NCBI GenBank assembly: GCA_965225715.1
Contig: CBDDBK010000002.1
Span: 1,324,416-1,388,415, forward strand
Direction of reading: 5' to 3'
Length of the DNA: 64,000 bases
Source: Flammeovirgaceae bacterium
GTDB taxonomy: Bacteria > Bacteroidota > Bacteroidia > Cytophagales > Flammeovirgaceae
Of this stretch, positions 41,568-51,023 are shown in pieces (within the stretch, counting starts at the first letter, position 1; each line of letters opens with the position of its first letter). A program made the translations under genes and the position numbers. The notes under the pieces were generated by a model that saw only the letters and a list, made by a program, of their open reading frames with translations, was not told where the DNA came from and made no database searches.

Positions 41568-43652
41568 TCAGTCTATGACCCGAAATACACTGACGCCATC
41601 ATCAATATTCCCAGATACAAAAAGATAGGTATTTCCTTCAATAACAGCCGTAGATACATCAGCAGCTCCATCCAATTCTAAAGTGGCATTATCGGAGACA
41701 TCGTCAACCGAGGTTAAAGTTCCGTCAGCAGCGACTGAAAACACACTGATGCCATCATCATCAAATCCAGCTACAAAAAGATAGGTGCTTTCCCCAATGA
41801 CTGCTGTAGATAGAGCAATAGCCCCCTCCAATTCTAAATCGGCATTATCGGAGACATCGTCAACCGAGGTTAAAGTTCCGTCAGCAGCGACTGAAAACAC
41901 ACTGACGCCATGATCAAACACCCTAGCTACAAAAAGATAAGTTGTTCCTCCAACAACTGCTGTAGATAAACCACTGGCCCCATCCAATTCTAAATCGGCA
42001 TTATCGGAGACATCGTCAACCGAGGTTAAGGTTCCATCGGCAGCGACCGAAAATACACTGACCCCATCATCAAACACCCCAGCTACAAAAAGATAGGTGC
42101 TTCCTCCAACGACTGCTGTAGATAAACCAGTGGCTCTATCCAGTTTTAAAACGGCATTGTCGGAGACATCGTCAACCGAGGTTAAGGTTCCATCAGCAGC
42201 GACCGAAAATACACTGACCCCATCATCAACACCCCCAGCTACAAAAAGATAGGTACTTTCCTCAATAACTGCTGTATACGTATAAGTAACCCCATCCAAT
42301 TCTAAAGCGGCATTGTCAGAGACATCATCAACCGAGGTTAAAGTTCCATCAGAAGCGACAGAAAATACACTGACCCCATCATCAATAAACCCAGCTACAA
42401 AAAGATAGGTTGTTCCCTCAACGACTGCTGTAGATAAACCACGGGCTCCATCCAATTTTAAATCGGTATCATCGGAGACATCGTCAGCCGAAATTAAAGT
42501 TCCATCAGAAGCGACCGAAAATACACTGGCCCCATTATCAGTATCCCCACATACAAAAAGATAAGTTGTTCCTCCAACAACTGCTGTAGATAAACCACTG
42601 GCTCCATCCAGTTGTAAAGTGGCATCATCGGAGACATCGTCAACCGAGAGCAATTGAAATGAATCTCGAACCGTAATGCTAATAGAAGTTTCAGAACGAT
42701 TGCCGTCCAAATCGAAAACTGCGACTCCCAAATCATAGAGGGCTAAAGTTTCATAATCTAAGGCATTAGAAATGAGCAAATAACCTGAATTAGAAAGGCT
42801 GAAAGCTCCTCCAACATTACCCGAAAACAAAGCATAAGAGGCAATGTCTAAGTCGTCAGTGGCTACAACTTGGCCCACTGTATCGCCAATAGCACTGAAC
42901 TCGGATATCGAAAACACACTATTCTTTATGCTCAAACTAGGCGCATCAACTACAGCAATCGTAAAAGCCATTTCAAAGGTGCCGCCGTTACCGTCGTCCG
43001 TTTGCACCCGAATAGAATGACTGGCTTGACTTTCAAAATCAAAACTTATGTTGCTTTTTAAGCTATCGCCAGAAATAATAAAATTGGCATTATTACTAGA
43101 CCCATCCCCTTCTTGGAAACTATAGGTAAAAGCCTCTGAATCCGCATCTGTGGAACTAAAAGTTCCTATCAAACTTCCAATGGGTTCATTTTCAGAAATA
43201 CTATTGGCGCTTAAAGCAATAGATATAGGATTTTCATTGGTATTGCTTACCGTTATGGTAAAAACCATCTGAAAGGTGCCGCCATTTCCATCATCCGTTT
43301 GCACCCGAATAGAGTGACTGGCTTGACTTTCAAAATCAAAACTTATGTTGCTTTTTAAACTATCCCCAGAAATACTAAAATTAGCATTATCACTAGACCC
43401 ATCCCCTTCTTGGAAACTATAGGTAAAAGCCTCTGAATCTACGTCTGTGGAACTAAAAATTCCTATCAAACTTCCAATAGGTTCATTTTCAGAAATACTA
43501 TTGGCGCTCAAAACAATAGATGTAGGAGGTGAATTCGTTTCAGATGGAGGCTCTACCACAGGGCTATCGTCACATTTTCCTGCAATGGTTAAAATAAAAA
43601 GAACCAAAGCCCCATAAACATAGCTTTGGATTTTTGAAAACTTTGCATTCAT
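41568..43652 (-). CDS. Surface lipoprotein paralog A: 3 cadherin-like domains + 7-bladed beta-propeller
   Basis: Signal peptide ending ...LTIAGKC, followed by acidic DDSP. Cadherin-like units (ANSISENEPIGSLIG...FDFESQASHSIRVQTDDGNGG). Seven ~48-aa repeats DDVSDNxxLELDGAxxxSTAVVGGxTYLFVxGxxDDGVSVFSVAxDGTLTS. Confidence 0.8.
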   Translation of the reverse strand: MNAKFSKIQSYVYGALVLFILTIAGKCDDSPVVEPPSETNSPPTSIVLSANSISENEPIGSLIGIFSSTDVDSEAFTYSFQEGDGSSDNANFSISGDSLKSNISFDFESQASHSIRVQTDDGNGGTFQMVFTITVSNTNENPISIALSANSISENEPIGSLIGTFSSTDADSEAFTYSFQEGDGSSNNANFIISGDSLKSNISFDFESQASHSIRVQTDDGNGGTFEMAFTIAVVDAPSLSIKNSVFSISEFSAIGDTVGQVVATDDLDIASYALFSGNVGGAFSLSNSGYLLISNALDYETLALYDLGVAVFDLDGNRSETSISITVRDSFQLLSVDDVSDDATLQLDGASGLSTAVVGGTTYLFVCGDTDNGASVFSVASDGTLISADDVSDDTDLKLDGARGLSTAVVEGTTYLFVAGFIDDGVSVFSVASDGTLTSVDDVSDNAALELDGVTYTYTAVIEESTYLFVAGGVDDGVSVFSVAADGTLTSVDDVSDNAVLKLDRATGLSTAVVGGSTYLFVAGVFDDGVSVFSVAADGTLTSVDDVSDNADLELDGASGLSTAVVGGTTYLFVARVFDHGVSVFSVAADGTLTSVDDVSDNADLELEGAIALSTAVIGESTYLFVAGFDDDGISVFSVAADGTLTSVDDVSDNATLELDGAADVSTAVIEGNTYLFVSGNIDDGVSVFRVID

Positions 43653-43878
43653 AAGGTTGTATTATTTAAGGTTAAAAAAATAAAATTAGTTGTATATAAA
43701 GTAGTTAAAGGTTTTTTGTTGAAAAAAAGTTAGATAAAAATAGGTTAGTATAACATAAGCAATGATAAAATTGATAAAATAGGCCGGAATAAATTTCTTT
43801 TCAAAGTAAAGAATTTGGCGATGTACCAGAGTAAGGTTTCCTCTTTTGAATACACCGCCAAGCTAAATTTTTTGTTTC

Positions 43879-45963
43879 TTAGTCTATGACCCGAAATACA
43901 CTGACGCCATCATCACCAAACCCAGCTACAAAAAGATAGGTACTTTCCCCAACAACTGCCGTAGATACAGCAATAGCTCCGTCCAATTCTAAAGTGGCAT
44001 TATCGGAGACATTGTAAATAGAGGTTAAAGTTCCATCAGAAGCGACTGAAAATACACTGACGCCATCATCATCAAACCCAGCTACAAAAAGATAGGTTGT
44101 TGCTCCAACAACTGCCGTAGATACACTGTAAGCCCCATCCAGTTGTAAAGCGGCATTGTCGGAGACATCGTCAACCGAGGTTAAAGTTCCATCAGAAGCG
44201 ACCGAAAATACACTGACGCCATCATCATCATACCCAGCTACAAAAAGATAGGTGCTTCCTCCAACAACTGCTGTAGATACATCAATAGATCCAGCCAGTT
44301 GTAAAGTGGCATTGTCGGAGACATCATCAACCGAGGTTAAAGTTCCATCAGAAGCGACCGAAAATACACTGACGCCATCATCAATATCCCCAGCTACAAA
44401 AAGATAGGTATTTCCTCCAACAACTGCCGTAGATACACTGTAAGCCCCATCCAATTCTAAAGCGGCATTATCAGAGACATCATCAACCGAGGTTAAAGTT
44501 CCATCGGCAGCGACCGAAAATACACTGACCCCATCATCGTCATACCCAGATACAAAAAGATAAGTTGTTCCCTCAACAACTGCTGTAGATACACTGTAAA
44601 CCCCATCCAATTCTAAAGTGGCATTGTCGGAGACATCATCAACCGAGGTTAAAGTTCCATCGGCAGCGACCGAAAATACACTGACGCCATCATCGTCATA
44701 CCCAGATACAAAAAGATAAGTTGTTCCTCCAATGATTGCTGTAGATAAACCACTGGCTCCATCCAATTCTAAAGTGGCATTGTCGGAGACATCGTCAGCC
44801 GAGGTTAAGGTGCCATCAGAAGCGACCGAAAATACGCTGACGCCATCATCATTATACCCAGCTACAAAAAGATAGGTGCTTCCTCCGATAACTGCCGTAG
44901 ATATAGGGAAAGCCCTCTCCAATTCTAAATTGGCATCGTCGGAGACATCGTCAACGGAGAGCAATTGAAATGAATCTCGAACCGTAATGCTAATAGAAGT
45001 TTCAGAACGATTGCCATCCAAATCGAAAACTGCGACTCCCAAATCATAGAGGGCTAAAGTTTCATAATCTAAGGCATTAGAAACGAGTAAATAACCTGAA
45101 TTAGAAAGGCTGAAAGCTCCTCCAACATTACCCGAAAACAAAGCATAAGAGGCAATGTCTAAGTCGTCAGTGGCTACAACTTGGCCCACTGTATCGCCAA
45201 TAGCACTGAACTCGGATATCGAAAACACACTATTCTTTATGCTCAAACTAGGCGCATCAACTACAGCAATCGTAAAAGCCATTTCAAAGGTGCCGCCGTT
45301 ACCGTCGTCCGTTTGCACCCGAATAGAATGACTGGCTTGACTTTCAAAATCAAAACTTATGTTGCTTTTTAAGCTATCGCCAGAAATAATAAAATTGGCA
45401 TTATTACTAGACCCATCCCCTTCTTGGAAACTATAAGTAAAAGCCTCTGAATCTACGTCTGTGGAACTAAAAGTTCCTATGAAACTTCCAATGGGTTCAT
45501 TTTCAGAAATACTATTGGCGCTTAAAGCAATAGATATAGGATTTTCATTGGTATTGCTTACCGTTATGGTAAAAACCATCTGAAAGGTGCCGCCATTTCC
45601 ATCATCCGTTTGCACCCGAATAGAGTGACTGGCTTGACTTTCAAAATCAAAACTTATGTTGCTTTTTAAACTATCCCCAGAAATACTAAAATTAGCATTA
45701 TCACTAGACCCATCCCCTTCTTGGAAACTATAGGTAAAAGCCTCTGAATCTACATCGGTGGAACTAAAAATTCCTATCAAACTTCCAATAGGTTCATTTT
45801 CAGAAATACTATTGGCGCTCAAAACAATAGATGTAGGAGGTGAATTCGTTTCAGATGGAGGCTCTACCACAGGGGTATCGTCACATTTTCCTGCAATGGT
45901 TAAAATAAAAAGAACCAAAGCCCCATAAACATAGCTTTGGGTTTTTGAAAACTTTGCATTCAT
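43879..45963 (-). CDS. Surface lipoprotein paralog B: 3 cadherin-like domains + 7-bladed beta-propeller
   Basis: Same architecture as paralog A. I count about five substitutions versus A in the first ~340 residues, with many in the propeller half. Confidence 0.8.
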   Translation of the reverse strand: MNAKFSKTQSYVYGALVLFILTIAGKCDDTPVVEPPSETNSPPTSIVLSANSISENEPIGSLIGIFSSTDVDSEAFTYSFQEGDGSSDNANFSISGDSLKSNISFDFESQASHSIRVQTDDGNGGTFQMVFTITVSNTNENPISIALSANSISENEPIGSFIGTFSSTDVDSEAFTYSFQEGDGSSNNANFIISGDSLKSNISFDFESQASHSIRVQTDDGNGGTFEMAFTIAVVDAPSLSIKNSVFSISEFSAIGDTVGQVVATDDLDIASYALFSGNVGGAFSLSNSGYLLVSNALDYETLALYDLGVAVFDLDGNRSETSISITVRDSFQLLSVDDVSDDANLELERAFPISTAVIGGSTYLFVAGYNDDGVSVFSVASDGTLTSADDVSDNATLELDGASGLSTAIIGGTTYLFVSGYDDDGVSVFSVAADGTLTSVDDVSDNATLELDGVYSVSTAVVEGTTYLFVSGYDDDGVSVFSVAADGTLTSVDDVSDNAALELDGAYSVSTAVVGGNTYLFVAGDIDDGVSVFSVASDGTLTSVDDVSDNATLQLAGSIDVSTAVVGGSTYLFVAGYDDDGVSVFSVASDGTLTSVDDVSDNAALQLDGAYSVSTAVVGATTYLFVAGFDDDGVSVFSVASDGTLTSIYNVSDNATLELDGAIAVSTAVVGESTYLFVAGFGDDGVSVFRVID

Positions 45964-46208
45964 AAGGTTATGTTAAATTTAATATTAAAAAAATAAAATG
46001 AGTTGTATATAAAGGTTTTTTGTTTTTATTTTGAGGAATGACTTCCTTTTGTAATTCATTATAGTTCATTATTTTAAATAACACACTATCCAAAAAAAGT
46101 TAGATAAAATAGGCTGGAATAAATTTCTTTTCAAAGTAAAGAATTTGGCGATGTACCAGAGTAAGGTTTCCTCTTTTGAATACACCGCCAAGCTAAATTT
46201 TTTGTTTC

Positions 46209-48293
46209 TCAGTCTATGACCCGAAATACACTGACCCCATCATCATTAAACCCAGCTACAAAAAGATAGGTATTTCCTTCAATAACAGCCGTAGACACAT
46301 CGGCAATTCCATCCAATTCTAAAGTGGCATTATCGGAGACATTGTAAATAGAGGTTAAGGTGCCATCAGAAGCGACCGAAAATACACTGACCCCATTATC
46401 ACTAAATCCAGCTACAAAAAGATAGGTGCTTTCTCCAACAACTGCTGTAGATACACTGTAAGCCCCATTCAATTCTAAATCAGCATCGTCAGAGACATCA
46501 TCAACCGAGGTTAACGTTCCGTCAGCAGCGACTGAAAACACACTGAAGCCATCATCAATATTCCCAGCTACAAAAAGATAGGTGCTTCCTCCAACAACTG
46601 CTGTAGATACAGCGAAAGCCCCATCCAATTCTAAATCAGCATCGTCGGAGACATCATCAACCGAGGTTAAAGTTCCATCGGAAGTAATCGAAAATACACT
46701 GACGCCATCATCATTACGCCCAGCCACAAAAAGATAGGTGTTTCCCCCAACAACTGCCGTAGATAAACCAATAGCCCCATCCAATTCTAAAGCGGCATTA
46801 TCAGAGACAGTGTCAACCGAGGTTAAAGTTCCATCAGCAGCGACCGAAAATACACTGACCCCATCATCTAACTCTCCAGTTACAAAAAGATAGGTTGTTC
46901 CTCCAACAACTGCTGTAGATAAACCACTGGCTCCATCCAATTCTAAATCGGCATTGTCAGAGACATCGTCAACCGAGGTTAAGGTTCCATCGGCAGCGAC
47001 CGAAAATACACTGACGCCATCATCGTCATACCCAGTTACAAAAAGATAGGTTGTTCCTCCAATAACTGCTGTAGATACATCAGCAGCTCCATCCAATTCT
47101 AAAGTGGCATTGTCGGAGACATCGTCAACCGAGGTTAAGGTGCCATCAGAAGCGACCGAAAATACACTGACCCCATCATCATTATACCCAGTTACAAAAA
47201 GATAGGTTGTTCCTCCAACAACTGCTGTAGATAAACCACTGGCTCCATCCAATTCTAAATCGGCATTGTCAGAGACATCGTCAACCGAGAGCAATTGGAA
47301 TGAATCTCGAACCATAATGCTAATAGAAGTTTCAAAACGATTGCCATTTGGATCAAAAACTGCGACTCCCAAATCATAGAGGGCTAAAGTTTCATAATCT
47401 AAGGCATTAGAAACGAGTAAATAACCTGAATTAGAAAGGCTGAAAGCTCCTCCAACATTACCCGAAAACAAAGCATAAGAGGCAATGTCTAAGTCGTCAG
47501 TGGCTACAACTTGACCCGCTGTATCGCCAATAGCACTGAACTCGGATATCGAAAACACACTATTCTTTATGCTCAAATTAGGGACATCAAGGACAGTAAT
47601 GGTAAAAACCATTTGAAAAGTGCCGCCATTGCCATCGTCCGTTTGCACCCGAATAGAATGACTGGCTTGACTTTCAAAATCAAAACGTATGTTGCTTTTT
47701 AGACTATCCCCAGAAATACTAAAATTGGCATTATCATCAGCCCCATCTCCTTCTTGGAAACTATAAGTAAAAGCCTCTGAATCTACGTCTGTGGAATTAA
47801 AAGTTCCTATGAAACTTCCAATGGGTTCATTTTCAGAAATACTATTGGCGCTTAAAGCAATAGATATAGGATTTTCATTGGTATTGCTTACCGTTATGGT
47901 AAAAACCATCTGAAAGGTGCCGCCATTTCCATCGTCCGTTTGCACCCGAATAGAATGACTGGCTTGACCTTCAAAATCGAAACTTATGTTGCTTTTTAGA
48001 CTATCGCCAGAAATACTAAAATTGGCATTATCACTAGACCCATCCCCTTCTTGGAAACTATAGGTAAAAGCCTCTGAATCCGCATCTGTGGAACTAAAAG
48101 TTCCTATCAAACTTCCAACGGGTTCATTTTCAGAAATACTATCGGCACTTATAGCTAAAGCTGTTGGAGGTGAATTCGTTTCAGATGGAGGCTCTACCAC
48201 AGGGCTATCGTCACATTTTCCTGCAATGGTTAAAATAAAAAGAACCAAAGCCCCATAAACATAGCTTTGGATTTTTGAAAACTTTGCATTCAT
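46209..48293 (-). CDS. Surface lipoprotein paralog C: 3 cadherin-like domains + 7-bladed beta-propeller
   Basis: Same architecture. It shares variant blocks (QEGDGADDNANFSISGD, TVLDVPNLSIKN) with paralog D rather than with A or B. Confidence 0.8.
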   Translation of the reverse strand: MNAKFSKIQSYVYGALVLFILTIAGKCDDSPVVEPPSETNSPPTALAISADSISENEPVGSLIGTFSSTDADSEAFTYSFQEGDGSSDNANFSISGDSLKSNISFDFEGQASHSIRVQTDDGNGGTFQMVFTITVSNTNENPISIALSANSISENEPIGSFIGTFNSTDVDSEAFTYSFQEGDGADDNANFSISGDSLKSNIRFDFESQASHSIRVQTDDGNGGTFQMVFTITVLDVPNLSIKNSVFSISEFSAIGDTAGQVVATDDLDIASYALFSGNVGGAFSLSNSGYLLVSNALDYETLALYDLGVAVFDPNGNRFETSISIMVRDSFQLLSVDDVSDNADLELDGASGLSTAVVGGTTYLFVTGYNDDGVSVFSVASDGTLTSVDDVSDNATLELDGAADVSTAVIGGTTYLFVTGYDDDGVSVFSVAADGTLTSVDDVSDNADLELDGASGLSTAVVGGTTYLFVTGELDDGVSVFSVAADGTLTSVDTVSDNAALELDGAIGLSTAVVGGNTYLFVAGRNDDGVSVFSITSDGTLTSVDDVSDDADLELDGAFAVSTAVVGGSTYLFVAGNIDDGFSVFSVAADGTLTSVDDVSDDADLELNGAYSVSTAVVGESTYLFVAGFSDNGVSVFSVASDGTLTSIYNVSDNATLELDGIADVSTAVIEGNTYLFVAGFNDDGVSVFRVID

Positions 48294-48538
48294 AAGGTTC
48301 TATTAAATTTAATATTAAAAAAATAAAATGAGTTGTATATAAAGGTTTTTTGTTTTTATTTTGAGGAATGACTTCCTTTTGTAATTCATTATAGTTCATT
48401 ATTTTAAATAACACACTATCCAAAAAAAGTTAGATAAAATAGGCTGGAATAAATTTCTTTTCAAAGTAAAGAATTTGGCGATGTACCAGAGTAAGGTTTC
48501 CTCTTTTGAATACACCGCCAAGCTAAATTTTTTGTTTC

Positions 48539-50623
48539 TTAGTCTATGACCCGAAATACACTAACGCCATCATCAACAAACCCAGTTACAAAAAGATAGG
48601 TGCTTTCCCCAACGACTGCCGTAGATACATCAGCAGCTCCATCCAATTCTAAAGCGGCATTATCGGAGACATTGTAAATAGAGGTTAAGGTGCCATCAGA
48701 AGCGACCGAAAATACACTGACCCCATCATCAAAAAACCCAGCTACAAAAAGATAGGTGCTCCCTCCGACAATTGCCGTAGATACACTGTAAGCCCCATCC
48801 AGTTGTAAAGCGGCATTGTCAGAAACATCATCAACCGAGGTTAAAGTTCCATCAGCAGCGACCGAAAATACACTGACGCCATCATCATCAAATCCAGTCA
48901 CAAAAAGATAGGTGCTTCCTCCAACGACTGCTGTAGATAAACCAAAGGCCCCATCCAATTCTAAAGCGGCATTGTCGGAGACATCGTCAACCGAGGTTAA
49001 AGTTCCATCGGAAGCGACCGAAAATACACTGACGCCATCATCAGTATCCCCAGCTACAAAAAGATAGGTGTTTCCCCCAACAACTGCTGTCGATAAACCA
49101 ATAGCCCCATCCAATTCTAAATCAGCATCGTCGGAGACATCGTCAGCCGAGGTTAAAGTTCCGTCATCAGCAACCGAAAATACGCTGATACCATCATCAT
49201 TAAGTCCAGTCACAAAAAGATAGGTTGTTCCTCCAACAACTGCTGTAGATACAGCGAAAGCCCCATCCAATTCTAAATCGGCATCATCGGAGACGTTGTC
49301 AGCCGAGGTTAAGTTTCCATCGGCAGCGACCGAAAATACGCTGACGCCATCATCAACAAACCCAGCTACAAAAAGATAGGTTGTTCCCTTAACGACTGCT
49401 GTAGATAAACCATTAGCTCCATCCAATTCTAAAGTGGCATTGTCGGAGACATGGTCAGCCGAGGTTAAAGTTCCATCAGAAGCGACCGAAAATACACTGA
49501 CCCCATCATCATCAGACCCAGCTACAAAAAGATAGGTTGTTCCCTCAACGACTGCTGTAGATATAGGGAAAGCCCCATCCAATTCTAAATTGGCATCATC
49601 GGAGACATCGTCAACCGAGAGCAATTGAAATGAATCTCGAACCGTAATGCTAATAGAAGTTTCAGAACGATTGCCATCCAAATCGAAAACCGCCAGCCCC
49701 AAATCATAGAGGGCTAAAGTTTCATAATCTAAGGCATTAGAAACGAGTAAATAACCTGAATTAGAAAGGCTGAAAGCTCCTCCGACATTACCTGAAAATA
49801 AAGCATAAGAGGCAATGTCTAAGTCGTCAGTGGCTACAACTTGACCCACTGTATCGCCAATAGCACTGAACTCGGATATCGAAAACACACTATTCTTTAT
49901 GCTCAAATTAGGGACATCAAGGACAGTAATGGTAAAAACCATTTGAAAAGTGCCGCCATTGCCATCGTCCGTTTGCACCCGAATAGAATGACTGGCTTGA
50001 CCTTCAAAATCAAAACTTATGTTGATTTTTAGACTATCCCCAGAAATACTAAAATTGGCATTATCATCAGCCCCATCTCCTTCTTGGAAACTATAAGTAA
50101 AAGCCTCTGAATCTACGTCTGTGGAATTAAAAGTTCCTATCAAACTTCCAATGGGTTCATTTTCAGAAATACTATTGGCGCTTAACGCAATAGACGTAGG
50201 AGCTTCATTGGTATTGCTTACCGTTATGGTAAAAACCATCTGAAAGGTGCCGCCATTTCCATCATCAGTTTGCACCCGAATAGAATGACTGGCTTGACTT
50301 TCAAAATCAAAACTTATGTTGCTTTTTAAGCTATCGCCAGAAATACTAAAATTGGCATGATCAGTATCGCCTTCACCGGATACTAAACTGTAGGTAAAAG
50401 CCTCTGAATCTACATCGGTGGAACTAAAAGTTCCTATCAAACTTCCAACGGGTTCATTTTCAGAAATACTATTGGCGCTCAAAACAATAGCTGTTGGAGG
50501 TGAATTTGTTTCAGATGGAGGCTCTACCACAGGGCTATCGTCACATTTTCCTGCAATGGTTAAAATAAAAAGAACCAAAGCCCCATAAACATAGCTTTGG
50601 ATTTTTGAAAAGTTTGCATTCAT
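48539..50623 (-). CDS. Surface lipoprotein paralog D: 3 cadherin-like domains + 7-bladed beta-propeller
   Basis: Same architecture, with a unique first-cadherin variant YSLVSGEGDTDHANFSISGD. It is the first gene of the array in the transcription direction. Confidence 0.8.
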   Translation of the reverse strand: MNANFSKIQSYVYGALVLFILTIAGKCDDSPVVEPPSETNSPPTAIVLSANSISENEPVGSLIGTFSSTDVDSEAFTYSLVSGEGDTDHANFSISGDSLKSNISFDFESQASHSIRVQTDDGNGGTFQMVFTITVSNTNEAPTSIALSANSISENEPIGSLIGTFNSTDVDSEAFTYSFQEGDGADDNANFSISGDSLKINISFDFEGQASHSIRVQTDDGNGGTFQMVFTITVLDVPNLSIKNSVFSISEFSAIGDTVGQVVATDDLDIASYALFSGNVGGAFSLSNSGYLLVSNALDYETLALYDLGLAVFDLDGNRSETSISITVRDSFQLLSVDDVSDDANLELDGAFPISTAVVEGTTYLFVAGSDDDGVSVFSVASDGTLTSADHVSDNATLELDGANGLSTAVVKGTTYLFVAGFVDDGVSVFSVAADGNLTSADNVSDDADLELDGAFAVSTAVVGGTTYLFVTGLNDDGISVFSVADDGTLTSADDVSDDADLELDGAIGLSTAVVGGNTYLFVAGDTDDGVSVFSVASDGTLTSVDDVSDNAALELDGAFGLSTAVVGGSTYLFVTGFDDDGVSVFSVAADGTLTSVDDVSDNAALQLDGAYSVSTAIVGGSTYLFVAGFFDDGVSVFSVASDGTLTSIYNVSDNAALELDGAADVSTAVVGESTYLFVTGFVDDGVSVFRVID

Positions 50624-51023
50624 AAGGTTATGTTAAATTTAATATTAAAAAAATAAAATGAGTTGTATATAAAGGTTTTTTGTTTTTATTTTGAGGAATG
50701 ACTTCCTTTTGTAATTTAGAAGATTTTGAATAACCTATTTTTGTCCAAAATTAAAAAAATATGAAATGCTCATTTATTATAGATCGTCGCTTTGGTGGTA
50801 ACAAATCACACAAAAATAAAGTTAGATTAAAAAGGTACTTTTATAGCAAAGCTATTTTATTTTGCGAAACGGTCTGTTTCAAAATGAATAAATTAGAAGC
50901 CTAAAAAATCTTTTTTTAAGTAATTTGAGTATAAAAGATATTACTCCATAATTCTATCCCTAAAACTTTAGTTATTACAAATGAGTTAAAACTTTAATTT
51001 TTTTTTAAATAAAGTAACTATAA

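Larger units (their letters stand above)
41276..50716 (-). repeat. Head-to-tail tandem array, 4 full units plus a stump (gene starts spaced 2311, 2330 and 2330 bp)
   Basis: Four 2085-bp ORFs of identical length are separated by 226-245-bp spacers. The ORF track shows near-identical antisense ORFs at equivalent offsets. Upstream homology ends at 50716. Confidence 0.95.

Noticed and set aside
42870-43061. 63-aa plus-strand ORFs recurring at the same offset in all four array units (also 45181-45372, 47511-47702, 49841-50032), plus the 80-aa minus-strand ORF at 42494-42736
   Set aside because: They lie antisense or out of frame inside the strongly supported 694-aa genes. They recur only because the underlying DNA is repeated, and they have no independent coding signal.
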